Shown here piece after piece: positions 18,110 to 28,786 of a stretch of 64,000 nt of DNA. The number at the start of each line of letters is the position of its first letter. Positions within the stretch are counted from its first letter, which is position 1. Under the pieces are notes generated by a model. The model was not told the DNA's origin, searched no databases, and worked only from the letters and a program-made list of their open reading frames with translations. Position numbers and translations under genes: made by a program. This DNA is from a virus. Location of the stretch: IMG/VR virus record IMGVR_UViG_3300024999_000042. One strand, written 5' to 3'.

Positions 18110-21100
18110 TTATTTCTTAGAATACTGAATCGCATAACTGTTGAGACCCTGAATCAACAAATCCACATCACCTCCAGATTTTATATTCGGAAATTCTAAC
18201 TTATCAATATTAAATGTATTGCTCACACTTTGACTAGTTTTACTAATTAAATTACTCGCTATATCTAATGGCTTAAAATTATTTAGCATATTTACCATCG
18301 GAATTTTACTCAAATCAAATCCATTAGGTATACTTTTAACTAAATCATATAATTTCTTTGCTTGACCTGAATTAAATATTACTTCGGATGATGAAGGAGT
18401 CCCGTGAAGCATCGCTAAACCAGTTTCTGTACTTACTCCCCCTTCAGCATATGATCCTGTAATTTTCCTTCTTATATTAGGATTAGATTGACCATACTGT
18501 AGGTTGTCTGTATTATCAACTGTTGAATTAGATGTATCTGAAACGACAACTGTAGTATTAACTGCTATGACATCTAATGGTGTATATGGTATATATTCAT
18601 CAGAAACAGGTTCTGGAGCAGTATTAGATGTATTTCCAACCACGGGAGCAGTTGATGTATCAGCAACAACAACTGGGGCTACTGGAGCAGTTTCATTTAC
18701 TGTTGTTATAGAATTTTGTGATTCAAAAATATCCTTATATGCCTGTTTTGCCTTTTCAGCCAACGATTCCATATTTCCAACATAAGTTGAATATGCACTA
18801 GAAATATTATTTAAATTAGTCTGAGTAGCATTATAAATATTATTCCATTCTGTTGAATTTTCTAATCCCATACCACCTAGATATTCTTGATTAAGGGTAC
18901 TCATAGCATTAGTAAATTCTTCCATGCTGGCATATTCACCATTTTGAGCCTTATCCATTATCGCCTTAACTTTATTTAAATATTTGCTCTTTTCAGAAAG
19001 TGCATTTTGATCTGCTGTATTTACTTGATCTTCCTCAAAATTTATTAATTCTATTCTCTTATTTGCTAATTCTTCTTGTGCTTGATCAATTGCAGTTTGA
19101 TCTGCAACATAAGTAAAATCCCATGTACCATCTGCATTCTTAGTCATTTGTTGAATGGTTTTTTGTTCCATAAGATTTTGTACTTTTAATTGCAATTGTT
19201 GAATATCAAGTTGTTTTTGCAATCGTTCAATTGAAGATTTCTCAATTTTTCCTTGAGTATTTAATAAAGCAGTTTGTTCAGCAGTTAAAATTAATCCTTC
19301 TGATTGAATTTGAGTTCTTATTTTACCAATTTCTAAATCTTTTTCAGCACCATCAAGATATTTGTCTTGTAAAGCAATTCTTTGATTTAAAGCATCTTGT
19401 GCTTCTTGCTCTGTACTACCATTGAAAATTGTTTTCTCAATTGATTCATATTGAGTATTAAATGCTTTTGCAAGAGTTTTATTCTCAAAATCTTCTGATG
19501 CTTCTATTAAACCTTTCATTGCTAATTCTGCTTCATTTAAATCAGTTGAATATTTCTCTAGTTTTTCAGATTTATCTTCAGCAGTTAAAGATGTATCTGC
19601 AATTGTTTCTGCGATTTTTTGTTTAATCTTATCAATTACAGAAGATTCTGCTTCCATTTGCTTGCCGATATTTTCTATACTACCTGCAAAATCATTTTCA
19701 TCAAGCAATTTTAATAGAGTTTCAAGATTAGATATGACATCTTTAAAAGGTTTTAATAAATTAGCATAATTAAGATTATCCATATCTTGCAAAGTTTGAT
19801 CAATTGTGTCCTGAATCTCTTTTGCACTAACTTTTGCATCTGCTAGTTTTTTCTTTAATCCATCTACAAAAGTTGCTTTATCCTCAGCGTTCATTTCAGG
19901 ATGTAATGTATCAACATTGTTAATTTGATCTTGAAGAATTACTTGTTCATTTACAAAATCTTTAAGTTTCGTATTAGCAATGTCTAATTTACCTTGCAAG
20001 TCATCATCATCAAGTAATTTATCAGCAAGGTCTAGTTTATCCAAATCGTCTGTCATGGGTTTTAATAAATTATCAACATTTAAATTAGCAATCTCTTGAT
20101 AAGTTTGAGCAATTACATCCTGAATTTCTTTTTCATTTACTTTTACTTCTCCTAATTTGCTTTTTAAACTAGCAATAAAAGTAGCTTTTTCTTGATCATT
20201 CATTTCAGGATGATATGTGTCAATATTATCAATTTGATCTTGAAGTTCAGATTGTTCATTAACAAAGGTTTTAAGTTTATCTTTTGCATTGTCTAATTTG
20301 CCTTGTAAATCGTCATCATCAAGTAATTTTTCAGCCAAGTCGAGCTTTTCCAAATTATTTGTCATAGGTCTTAGTTCTTTTTCCAAGTCTAGATTAGCGA
20401 TATCTTGAACAGTTTGAGAAATAGCGATTTTAGTATCTAGTAATCTTGAATTCACATCATCCAGCTTATCAGACGCTAGTTGATATTCTTCGGAATTTGC
20501 TAAAGCATTATTTAAATCAGCTTCAGTATAATTTGGATCTACAAGAGCCAAGTCTGATTTTACCCTATTCTTTGCATTCTTCTTATCTCTTTCTGCTTTC
20601 ACTTTTTCCAATTTGAGTGAAGATTGTTCGCCTTTTTCTGATTTTAAGATTTCCTGCTCAGTAGCTAATTGATCTTCAACGCTTGCGCCAATTAATTTTT
20701 GATAATCTAAAGTTTTTTGCAAATATGAGATTCTGTCTTCTTCAAGCTTTTGGACTTTCTCAAATCCTTCATACTCAGCCTCGAATCTTTCTTTTACTAA
20801 TTGTTTGATTGATAATTGAGCACTTTTTTCAGCTTCAAAATATGATTTAATTTTACCCAAAACATCTCTTGTGGTTGCATTGTCTTGATAAGTGCCGTCA
20901 TCATTTTGATATTTGGCAATAGATTCATATAATTTGTCAATATTTGTTGATGCAACAGTTATCGCTTCTTGATAAAGATCAATTTTTTGTTCAATATATT
21001 GTGAAGAATTTAAATTAGCCATTGCTTTTTGAGTTGCAATGAGTTTTTGGGTGTAATCGGTTCGGGTAGCATTTTGAGTATCAAGGATAGCTTGGTCTGA

Positions 21101-24100
21101 TTCCGCTTTTGTTACCAATTTCTCATTTTTAGATGCTTCTTTATCAAGTCCTCTTTGAGCAGATTCGACTTTTCTTTCAGCTTTTCTAGAACCTGCGTAT
21201 TCTGAACCAGAATACTTATCTATGATTGCCTGAAATTTATCAATCTTCTTATTTGAATTTTCTACTGCTTTATTGTCTGCATCGACTAGTTTTGAGGATT
21301 TGGAAATTACTTTAGTAAGATCAGTAATTGCTTCGGAAAATTCTTTTGCACTTGAGTTGAGAAAATCCATATCAGTGACATGGGAACCTGTGCCATCGGC
21401 ATATGCAGGGATTTTACCATTATTAGATTTTAGTATTTTTTCAGTTTCTGAATTAGGTGTTATTTGGGTTCCTTCTGGAAGATTTACTAATTCTGCTCCA
21501 TTATCACCAGATAAGTAAATTGATCCATTTGGAAGTTTTATTAATTCTCTACCTTTTTCTGAGATTATAGCTAATCCAGAGGGCGAAGAATTAGTTCCTT
21601 TTGCAAAACCTTCTGGCTTTTCTCCTTCTGCGGTTTGAACATAAATAGTATGAATAGAAGAAGTTGGTTGTTGTAACATTAATATTGCTTGCTGTGCTGC
21701 AATATCATCTAAATTTGCTGTGATAATGGTTTCATAATTTTTACTAATTAATGCTAATAATTTATCATCTGCAAGTTTTGTATCAGCATCAACAACAATA
21801 TTTTTCATAGATTCTTGAAGTTTATTGATTCCTTCAGTTGCTTCTGCTGTAATTTGAATTTTAGGAATTGCAAGGACTTCGATTGAAGCAGATTGAATTG
21901 CTTGCATTTTATTATTAAAATCTTCTTGGGATATTTCACCAGTAGAGAGTTTTAATTGAAGTGAATCTTGAGCATTTTTAGCAACATCAGATAATGTTTG
22001 AACTTGATCTTGAATTTGTTTATAATAGGATAAGATTTGATCTTTATTCTCAGGAGTAACTGCACCTAATGCAGTAATTTTTGATTTTAGGTCAGAGATA
22101 GTAGTATTAGCAAGAGATACTGCGTTTGTGAATTCGTTATTTATGAATTCAACGAAGGAGAGTGGAGGTTTATACGAGTAGAGGTCTTCATTAGGTTTAG
22201 GAATTTCGTCGATTGCCTCTTGAACTGTTTTATAATCGATGCGAGGGACAATCTCCATATCAATTTTAGGTACTGCTGAAGATATTCCACCTTTTGATAG
22301 TTGTTGTTCTTGGTCTACAGCATCAATTTTATCCATTATTTCTTGGAGATTTGCATCAGTAGATTCAAATAATTTTTCTTGTCTCATTTTATCTACGGAT
22401 TTAGCATATTCATCTTCTGCTTTTTTAGCATCTGCAGCTAATTTTGCAGACTGAACCATTAATTCATTAAACTTTTTCTGACCTTCTAATGTTGTTGGAT
22501 TACCTAATTTTGAGAGTTCTTCTTGGAGTTCTGAGATTGTTTCTGCCCATGTTTTTGTTGCAGAGACATTTTTCTTTATCCATAATTCAATGTCAAGGTT
22601 TTGGAAGGATTGGTCGAGTTTGGATGTTTCGGAGGATGATAGAGCTTGAGATTGTTCTTCTAGGGATTTTATTAGGTCTTCACGGGATTGTTTTGCGAAT
22701 GCTTTTTGGGTAATGAGGGTTTCTTCCATGGAAGATTTATTTGACATCCAAGCATTACGAAGTAATTGAAGTGAATCAAATGTTTCATCCATTATTTTAC
22801 GAGTATCTTCGGATGCTTTATTGTGTTCTTCTATAAAAGATGCGCTTTTCTGGTTGTCATTCCCAATGAACCATCTATCACTTACATTTCCAAATTGAGA
22901 TGATGCAGTTGAAATTGCAGAATCTTTTAGTTGATTTATTTTTGAACGAGCTGTTTGTAATAATTCCATTTCTGTTCTTTGTGATGCGATTAAAGAATTA
23001 GTAAGTTCAAGTGTTTTTGCATAATCTTTTTGGGATTGTGCTTGGGTTAGGTCTTTTTGGATTGAGTCTGATTTAGCTTTTTGGAGGAGGTATTCTTGTT
23101 GGATTTGGGTTATTAAGGCTTGGGTTGTGGACTCTATTGAGAGTTCTTGGGATTTGTCGTCTTTTTCTTTTTTATAAGGATTATAACTTCCGGAATTTGC
23201 TGCCGATTTTATATTACCTAACAATGCTTTCATTGCGTTGATTTTATCATCTACGCCATTATCTGCATTAAGTTGTGACTGTAAAGCATTTGCTTCTGCT
23301 CTTATCTTGTCTTCTTCATTAAGCCATATAGTTCCAGTGCTAGGGTTTAAAGTTGGTTTGCTTAAAAAAGTAGGAAGTGCATTAAGAGCATTATTTCTTT
23401 GTCTTATTGCTTCTGCTTCTGCTATAAGATTACTAATTCTTACTTTAGTTTGTTCAGCTTGATTAGTAGTAAATGTTTTTTCTGCCTCAAGAGCAGTTAT
23501 CATCCCATTGATACGAACATCTAACAAACCTTGAACTGCTTCTTTATTGAGTGTTAGTTGTCCATTTTCTACTTTCAATTGATCAATTAGTTCTGGATAT
23601 TTTGTAACTAAATCTACAATTGTTGATGCTGATAACTTTCCTGTCTCATTATATTCCTCCATGGCTTTTGAAACATCAGTTGCCACAGAAGTAACATCTT
23701 TGAGGCTATCAGCTAATTCTTTGGATGATACTGTCATGTCTTTTAGATTGGTTATTGTTTCTGGTGCATTATCTAATTTTATAGCATTATTAAAATATTT
23801 AATAATTTTAGTTGCTATATCTGCCTCAACACCATATTTATTTAAAGCAGATTCCATATCTTTAATATCTTCTTTTGCTTTTTCAGTAGTAGTTCCTTTA
23901 GTCATATCTTCAGATATTCTTTTAAATACTTCTGATACATCTGATTTACTGAATACTCCCATTACAGATAAAAGATCATTAAATCCTTTACCAGAATCGA
24001 AAGTTGCTTTTGATAAATTATTAATTAAACTTTGACTTAATTTATTAGATGACTCAGTAGATTGATCAAAAGCGTATGCTTCTTGAGATAATGTTTTTTG

Positions 24101-27100
24101 GATTTCAGAACTCTCACCTGTTAGTTTTGTTCTTTCTATAGATAATTCTGCTAAAGTTTTTTTATATGACTCTATTCTTTTATTATCTATAGTTATTCCT
24201 ATTACATCATCAGGATTAGCATTATCATAACTCTCCAAGTTAGCAATCTTATCATTTTGCTTTGTAATTTCTGCATTAATTTCTTTAATTCTATTTTGTT
24301 TGGTTAATATTTCATCATATTGATCTTTACCCATAGATTCAAATTTAGATGCTAATTCTTGTTGTTGAACAATTAATAAATCTTTTTTAGCTTGAGTTAA
24401 TTGCTTGACATATTCTATGTCAACTTCAATTGCTTTTCCTTCAGAATCTAGTTGAATTACAGAATCTCCAAAAAGTGCTGATAATTTTGCTGTTGTTGTT
24501 GCTAATTCTTCCTTTTCCTCGGTAGTTTTTCCTAACTTATCAAATAATTCTTCGTAAGAAGATATAAGAGAAGGTAATTCAGAAGTTTCTTGTTTTAAAG
24601 ATTGAATTGATTTTGTTAAAGTATCAAATGCTTCTTTTGCTTTTTCATCTGCATGAATCCAAGAATCAGCAAGATTCATTACTTTTCCAATTATGAACAT
24701 AAGAGCAACTGACAATCCTAATGTAGAAACTGCCTGAAATGCAGACATAGCAACTCTTGCTGCAATTGTCGAAGTTGTTAACGATCTCATTGCTGTGTTA
24801 ATTCCTGTAATAGCAACGCCTAATGCATTGGCCCATCCAGTCCTGCCCATTGCTGTTTGTTGCACAGTTGCCAAACGAATACTCGTTATATAACTTAAAA
24901 CTGATGTTTTTGCCATTTCAAAACCAACGATAAATGGATTTGCCCTCCAAGTGTTAGCATATCCACTAAATTGTCTCATAACTACTGCTGTTTCTAATAC
25001 AGACGCCTTAAATGCTAACATTGGAGCAATTAAAAATGACCTGCTCATAAATCCTTGGAATTTAGTGGAAAACAATGATGCGGTTAGGACAACTGTGGAT
25101 AATATTGTAGGTATTCCACCAATCACATCAGCAAATTTTGCAAAACCAGATATTACAACAGTTAAACCATCTACCATGTTTTTCCAAGTGTCAGTGTTTA
25201 TTGAATTCAAATAAAACAATTCCCACGCTGATGTCAATCTTTGAACGCTGGCGGCCAAAGAATTATTATATATTTCTTGTTTTTGTGCTGTTACGCCCTC
25301 GCTTTCTTGGGCAGCAGTAGTATTTTGTAGAACTTTGTCGTAATTAGTCATAAGTGATATGAAGGCATTTCTTCTATAAATTCCCGCTGCTGCGGTAGCT
25401 ATTGACTGACGTTCGACATCATTTAAAACCTTCCATTTTTCGCTAAGATTCGACAAAATATTTCCCATGGGTAAAATTGTATCAGAGGATGATTTAATTG
25501 CCACTCCAATGTCATTGAATTTCTTTTCGATACCTTTAAACTCTTCTGGATTTGATTCTTCACCTACGTTTGATATTCTACTGATAACGGTTCTCAATGC
25601 ATTGGCATTTTCACTTCCACTACGTCTCGTAACTTCGATCATTGTCGACAAAATTCCCGTTGTTTCGGCAATATTCAACCCTGCGTCTTTTGCCACGCTA
25701 CCAACAGTTCTTAATCCACTGGAAATTTCTGCCACACCTTTAGGGAAGTCCAATTGAAGCATCCGGGCCGCTCCAAGAATAGAATCTGTTACACCTGTAA
25801 TTTCATTTGCAGTTAAACGATATTGTGTCATTACCCCCATAAGTTCGTCACTGGTCTGCTCGATTCCCTGTCCAGTGATGGAACTAAGAGTTACCGCACT
25901 TCGGCTTTTAGTTAAAACCTCATCAATTGTAGAGGTGTACGTTCCGAATACAGCTATGGCTTTCATAACCGTATCTGTTGTTGCTCCCATTTCAGTTGCA
26001 AATTTATTTGCAGTATTAGTTATTTCGCTAAAAACTAAATTAGTGTCAGACATTTCCAACTGTAAATTTGTAAATAATTTACTTTGACCAGACATAAACT
26101 CAAATGACTCAGAAAGCTTATGTAGGCTAGACATTACTAGCGTAGATACTGCTATCCATAGAGGAAACCGTTGCAGGGCAACAGATGTGGCTTCTCCTAA
26201 TCCTATTTGTCTATTTGCTAAGTTACCTGTAGATGTACTTAAAGAATCCATTTGTCCTCTAAGCATATTATAATTTCCAGAAACACTCATTGTCTGAGTA
26301 TCATTAAGTTTATAAGTTTGAGTAACTTGTTGCATACCCGTACTCAATGTTTTTAATTTTGCATTCAACATCTCTAAATCAGGAACTAATTTTTGAGTCT
26401 TAAAATCAATAGGATTGCTTCCTGATTGCTGTTTAAGAACATTAAATTGAGTGGTAATGTTCTTTAGGTCACTAAAAGTTTTTTGTGCTGCAATCGTTGA
26501 TTGATTAAGTAAGTCTGGAACTTTTGTACTTGAGCCAATTTGCTGAAACGATTTACTTGCTTCGTCAAATTGATATTTCAGTCTTATAGTTTCATTCTGT
26601 GCATTTTTTAATACAGCAATTAATTTTCCAGCTTGATCATAATCATAACTAATTATTGTATTCCCTTTATATTGTCCAGCAGTAGTTAAACTATCTGCAA
26701 AAGTTTTTGCTTGTGCTAAAGAACCTGATCCTGGAGTAGCAACTGTATTTTGTCCCTGAACTTGAACCTTAATTACTGGTCTAAGTCCTTCTATCTGTTG
26801 TTTTAATTTTGTAATTTCAGAATTGGGGACACGTAAGGATATATCAATTTTCTTTCCATCAATCTTAGAGGTATCAAGTTTTAAATTTCCAAGTTTAAAA
26901 GATATTGACTCTATTTTACTCTTTAATTCTTTGGTAGTATTAGAAGGTATTTTAATATTATTTATTGATACATTATCTAATTTTATAGACATTTTTTCTA
27001 AGTTTGTTTTTATATTATTTAAAGAGGTTGAATCTATTTTGATATTGCTAATAGTAATTGGATTCGCTTTAACAAAATTTTGTAAACGTTCGATTGTAGT

Positions 27101-27163
27101 TTTAATTTCAGACTGATCATAATTAATTATTATTTTTGCACCAACAGTATATGTTGTTGTCAT
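18110..27163 (-). CDS. Tape measure protein (3017 aa)
   Basis: Length, helical composition, TP901-like core (TRRSGSENANALRT, AAAGIYRRNAF), hydrophobic TM segment, synteny. Confidence 0.93.
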   Translation of the reverse strand: MTTTYTVGAKIIINYDQSEIKTTIERLQNFVKANPITISNIKIDSTSLNNIKTNLEKMSIKLDNVSINNIKIPSNTTKELKSKIESISFKLGNLKLDTSKIDGKKIDISLRVPNSEITKLKQQIEGLRPVIKVQVQGQNTVATPGSGSLAQAKTFADSLTTAGQYKGNTIISYDYDQAGKLIAVLKNAQNETIRLKYQFDEASKSFQQIGSSTKVPDLLNQSTIAAQKTFSDLKNITTQFNVLKQQSGSNPIDFKTQKLVPDLEMLNAKLKTLSTGMQQVTQTYKLNDTQTMSVSGNYNMLRGQMDSLSTSTGNLANRQIGLGEATSVALQRFPLWIAVSTLVMSSLHKLSESFEFMSGQSKLFTNLQLEMSDTNLVFSEITNTANKFATEMGATTDTVMKAIAVFGTYTSTIDEVLTKSRSAVTLSSITGQGIEQTSDELMGVMTQYRLTANEITGVTDSILGAARMLQLDFPKGVAEISSGLRTVGSVAKDAGLNIAETTGILSTMIEVTRRSGSENANALRTVISRISNVGEESNPEEFKGIEKKFNDIGVAIKSSSDTILPMGNILSNLSEKWKVLNDVERQSIATAAAGIYRRNAFISLMTNYDKVLQNTTAAQESEGVTAQKQEIYNNSLAASVQRLTSAWELFYLNSINTDTWKNMVDGLTVVISGFAKFADVIGGIPTILSTVVLTASLFSTKFQGFMSRSFLIAPMLAFKASVLETAVVMRQFSGYANTWRANPFIVGFEMAKTSVLSYITSIRLATVQQTAMGRTGWANALGVAITGINTAMRSLTTSTIAARVAMSAFQAVSTLGLSVALMFIIGKVMNLADSWIHADEKAKEAFDTLTKSIQSLKQETSELPSLISSYEELFDKLGKTTEEKEELATTTAKLSALFGDSVIQLDSEGKAIEVDIEYVKQLTQAKKDLLIVQQQELASKFESMGKDQYDEILTKQNRIKEINAEITKQNDKIANLESYDNANPDDVIGITIDNKRIESYKKTLAELSIERTKLTGESSEIQKTLSQEAYAFDQSTESSNKLSQSLINNLSKATFDSGKGFNDLLSVMGVFSKSDVSEVFKRISEDMTKGTTTEKAKEDIKDMESALNKYGVEADIATKIIKYFNNAIKLDNAPETITNLKDMTVSSKELADSLKDVTSVATDVSKAMEEYNETGKLSASTIVDLVTKYPELIDQLKVENGQLTLNKEAVQGLLDVRINGMITALEAEKTFTTNQAEQTKVRISNLIAEAEAIRQRNNALNALPTFLSKPTLNPSTGTIWLNEEDKIRAEANALQSQLNADNGVDDKINAMKALLGNIKSAANSGSYNPYKKEKDDKSQELSIESTTQALITQIQQEYLLQKAKSDSIQKDLTQAQSQKDYAKTLELTNSLIASQRTEMELLQTARSKINQLKDSAISTASSQFGNVSDRWFIGNDNQKSASFIEEHNKASEDTRKIMDETFDSLQLLRNAWMSNKSSMEETLITQKAFAKQSREDLIKSLEEQSQALSSSETSKLDQSFQNLDIELWIKKNVSATKTWAETISELQEELSKLGNPTTLEGQKKFNELMVQSAKLAADAKKAEDEYAKSVDKMRQEKLFESTDANLQEIMDKIDAVDQEQQLSKGGISSAVPKIDMEIVPRIDYKTVQEAIDEIPKPNEDLYSYKPPLSFVEFINNEFTNAVSLANTTISDLKSKITALGAVTPENKDQILSYYKQIQDQVQTLSDVAKNAQDSLQLKLSTGEISQEDFNNKMQAIQSASIEVLAIPKIQITAEATEGINKLQESMKNIVVDADTKLADDKLLALISKNYETIITANLDDIAAQQAILMLQQPTSSIHTIYVQTAEGEKPEGFAKGTNSSPSGLAIISEKGRELIKLPNGSIYLSGDNGAELVNLPEGTQITPNSETEKILKSNNGKIPAYADGTGSHVTDMDFLNSSAKEFSEAITDLTKVISKSSKLVDADNKAVENSNKKIDKFQAIIDKYSGSEYAGSRKAERKVESAQRGLDKEASKNEKLVTKAESDQAILDTQNATRTDYTQKLIATQKAMANLNSSQYIEQKIDLYQEAITVASTNIDKLYESIAKYQNDDGTYQDNATTRDVLGKIKSYFEAEKSAQLSIKQLVKERFEAEYEGFEKVQKLEEDRISYLQKTLDYQKLIGASVEDQLATEQEILKSEKGEQSSLKLEKVKAERDKKNAKNRVKSDLALVDPNYTEADLNNALANSEEYQLASDKLDDVNSRLLDTKIAISQTVQDIANLDLEKELRPMTNNLEKLDLAEKLLDDDDLQGKLDNAKDKLKTFVNEQSELQDQIDNIDTYHPEMNDQEKATFIASLKSKLGEVKVNEKEIQDVIAQTYQEIANLNVDNLLKPMTDDLDKLDLADKLLDDDDLQGKLDIANTKLKDFVNEQVILQDQINNVDTLHPEMNAEDKATFVDGLKKKLADAKVSAKEIQDTIDQTLQDMDNLNYANLLKPFKDVISNLETLLKLLDENDFAGSIENIGKQMEAESSVIDKIKQKIAETIADTSLTAEDKSEKLEKYSTDLNEAELAMKGLIEASEDFENKTLAKAFNTQYESIEKTIFNGSTEQEAQDALNQRIALQDKYLDGAEKDLEIGKIRTQIQSEGLILTAEQTALLNTQGKIEKSSIERLQKQLDIQQLQLKVQNLMEQKTIQQMTKNADGTWDFTYVADQTAIDQAQEELANKRIELINFEEDQVNTADQNALSEKSKYLNKVKAIMDKAQNGEYASMEEFTNAMSTLNQEYLGGMGLENSTEWNNIYNATQTNLNNISSAYSTYVGNMESLAEKAKQAYKDIFESQNSITTVNETAPVAPVVVADTSTAPVVGNTSNTAPEPVSDEYIPYTPLDVIAVNTTVVVSDTSNSTVDNTDNLQYGQSNPNIRRKITGSYAEGGVSTETGLAMLHGTPSSSEVIFNSGQAKKLYDLVKSIPNGFDLSKIPMVNMLNNFKPLDIASNLISKTSQSVSNTFNIDKLEFPNIKSGGDVDLLIQGLNSYAIQYSKK

Positions 27164-27177
27164 TAAACGTCACCACC

Positions 27178-27657
27178 TTATAATTTTTTAATTGCATCAC
27201 CTACAGCTTTGTTAATTAAGTTTAAAATATTATCAGAATTTTTTTCTATTGCGTTTTTCATAAATGGTCTTTGCAGAGTTTGATAAGGCCATTGTGATCC
27301 ATTCCATGAACCATAATCATACCCTATTCCACTTTCAACTATTTGAGCATATGGTTCTAACGGATTGTTGATATCATTCATATGATGACTTTTCGCTACA
27401 TCGTCATCCGAATAAACATCTATACTTATTCCATTTACATTCTTCTCTACAATAGATTTTGTTATAGATTTTTTAAGGTTTCCAGTTCTTTCGTATACTA
27501 AAGGATCGTATACAGCTAGAACATCAGAATCAATATGCTCTTTTACATCTTCAACCAATATTGTTCCAATAGTTTTTAACTGACTTGATAATTCTCTTTC
27601 GAATGTTTTGATTAAATCATTTGCTAAAAATGATATATCTTTTGGCAACTTTTTCAC
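27178..27657 (-). CDS. HK97 gp10-like tail completion protein
   Basis: YERTGNLKKSI, YAQIVESG and RPFMKNA motifs. Confidence 0.65.
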   Translation of the reverse strand: MKKLPKDISFLANDLIKTFERELSSQLKTIGTILVEDVKEHIDSDVLAVYDPLVYERTGNLKKSITKSIVEKNVNGISIDVYSDDDVAKSHHMNDINNPLEPYAQIVESGIGYDYGSWNGSQWPYQTLQRPFMKNAIEKNSDNILNLINKAVGDAIKKL

Positions 27658-27675
27658 CGCCTTCGTTATATTTTC

Positions 27676-27705
27676 TTTACAAAAGCATATATTTTAGTAT
27701 ATAAT
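27676..27705 (+). promoter_or_regulatory. Sigma-A-like promoter for the 27730 moron
   Basis: TTTACA-18 bp-TATAAT followed by AAGGAG SD. Confidence 0.55.
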
Positions 27706-27729
27706 TGTAAATAAAAAGGAGTTGATATT

Positions 27730-28236
27730 TTGATTAAAATAATATTAGCAACAATAATATTTATTATAGTAATGGTTATTGTGGAAATGATTAATGAACC
27801 GAAAGATAAGAAAGCAGAAAGAACAAGAATTACAAATCAAACTATAAAACCAATCACTTTAACTCATATAGATGGTTTATTAGGATATGGCAAAGGAGTA
27901 AAAGTAAAGTTTTCTAAAAATATAGAAAATATTATCATTGATAAAACTTATTCTATTCCTACAAAAAATATAGAATCAACAACATTTAATTCCTCCAAAG
28001 AACTTACTGAGCATCAAAATAGTGTTGTGGGAAGATCATTAGTCGGAGGACTCTTATTGGGGCCATTGGGTGCAGTTGTTGGGGGAATATCAGGTGTAGG
28101 AACACAAAAAGAAACAACAATGATGTGGACAATAACTATTAATTATAAAGAATATGGAAATAGTAAAACAGTTATATTTGCCACAGATGATGAATCTATA
28201 ATTCCAAGATTAAAAACTGCTCTAAATTCATATTGA
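27730..28236 (+). CDS. Membrane-anchored moron protein with glycine zipper
   Basis: N-terminal TM helix; SVVGRSLVGGLLLGPLGAVVGGISG; own promoter and terminator; opposite strand to the late operon. Confidence 0.75.
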   Translation: MIKIILATIIFIIVMVIVEMINEPKDKKAERTRITNQTIKPITLTHIDGLLGYGKGVKVKFSKNIENIIIDKTYSIPTKNIESTTFNSSKELTEHQNSVVGRSLVGGLLLGPLGAVVGGISGVGTQKETTMMWTITINYKEYGNSKTVIFATDDESIIPRLKTALNSY

Positions 28237-28242
28237 AATACT

Positions 28243-28273
28243 AAAAGAACCCATATTACCTACGGGTTCTTTT
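28243..28273. terminator. Bidirectional terminator
   Basis: AAAAGAACCC-loop-GGGTTCTTTT between convergent genes. Confidence 0.8.
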
Positions 28274-28294
28274 ACATTTCTTTCTTTAATATAT

Positions 28295-28753
28295 TTACTC
28301 TTCGTTATTGCTTGATTCTTTTTCTTTTTCTGCTACCATAAATTCAACACTTTTTTTAAATTGTTCTGCAATATTTCCCATATTTAAAAGTTCATTTTCT
28401 GGTAATAGATTAAGAATACTGTTAAACAATTCTAATTCAATTAATTTATCTGCCATTATTAATAATTTTTCTCCTTCATCTTGAATTGGAATATTTGTAA
28501 AATATTTTATCATAAGCATAGGAAGTATAATACTATCTTTTAAATTATCAATATTCTCCATGCCTTCAAGTTCTTCGATGATATTCATATAATCAATCAT
28601 AATCTTTTGTGTGTCTGTCTTTTTGAGATATTTAGAGAACTCCACTTCATATTCCTCACCAAAACGATCAGTTACTCTTTCTGTGATTTTTTCATTGAAC
28701 TTACTAAATCCTTTGTTTAAAGATACCTCATTTAATTTTTTAACATTTGCCAT
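28295..28753 (-). CDS. Probable tail assembly chaperone
   Basis: Acidic helical protein upstream of the tape measure gene; synteny only. Confidence 0.45.
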   Translation of the reverse strand: MANVKKLNEVSLNKGFSKFNEKITERVTDRFGEEYEVEFSKYLKKTDTQKIMIDYMNIIEELEGMENIDNLKDSIILPMLMIKYFTNIPIQDEGEKLLIMADKLIELELFNSILNLLPENELLNMGNIAEQFKKSVEFMVAEKEKESSNNEE

Positions 28754-28786
28754 TATATTTTCCTTCTTTCTTATTATATTATATTA

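Noticed and set aside
18504-27116. Many plus-strand ORFs overlapping the tape measure gene (and similar ones over other long genes)
   Set aside because: Antisense shadows of long minus-strand genes; no SD and no protein-like motifs
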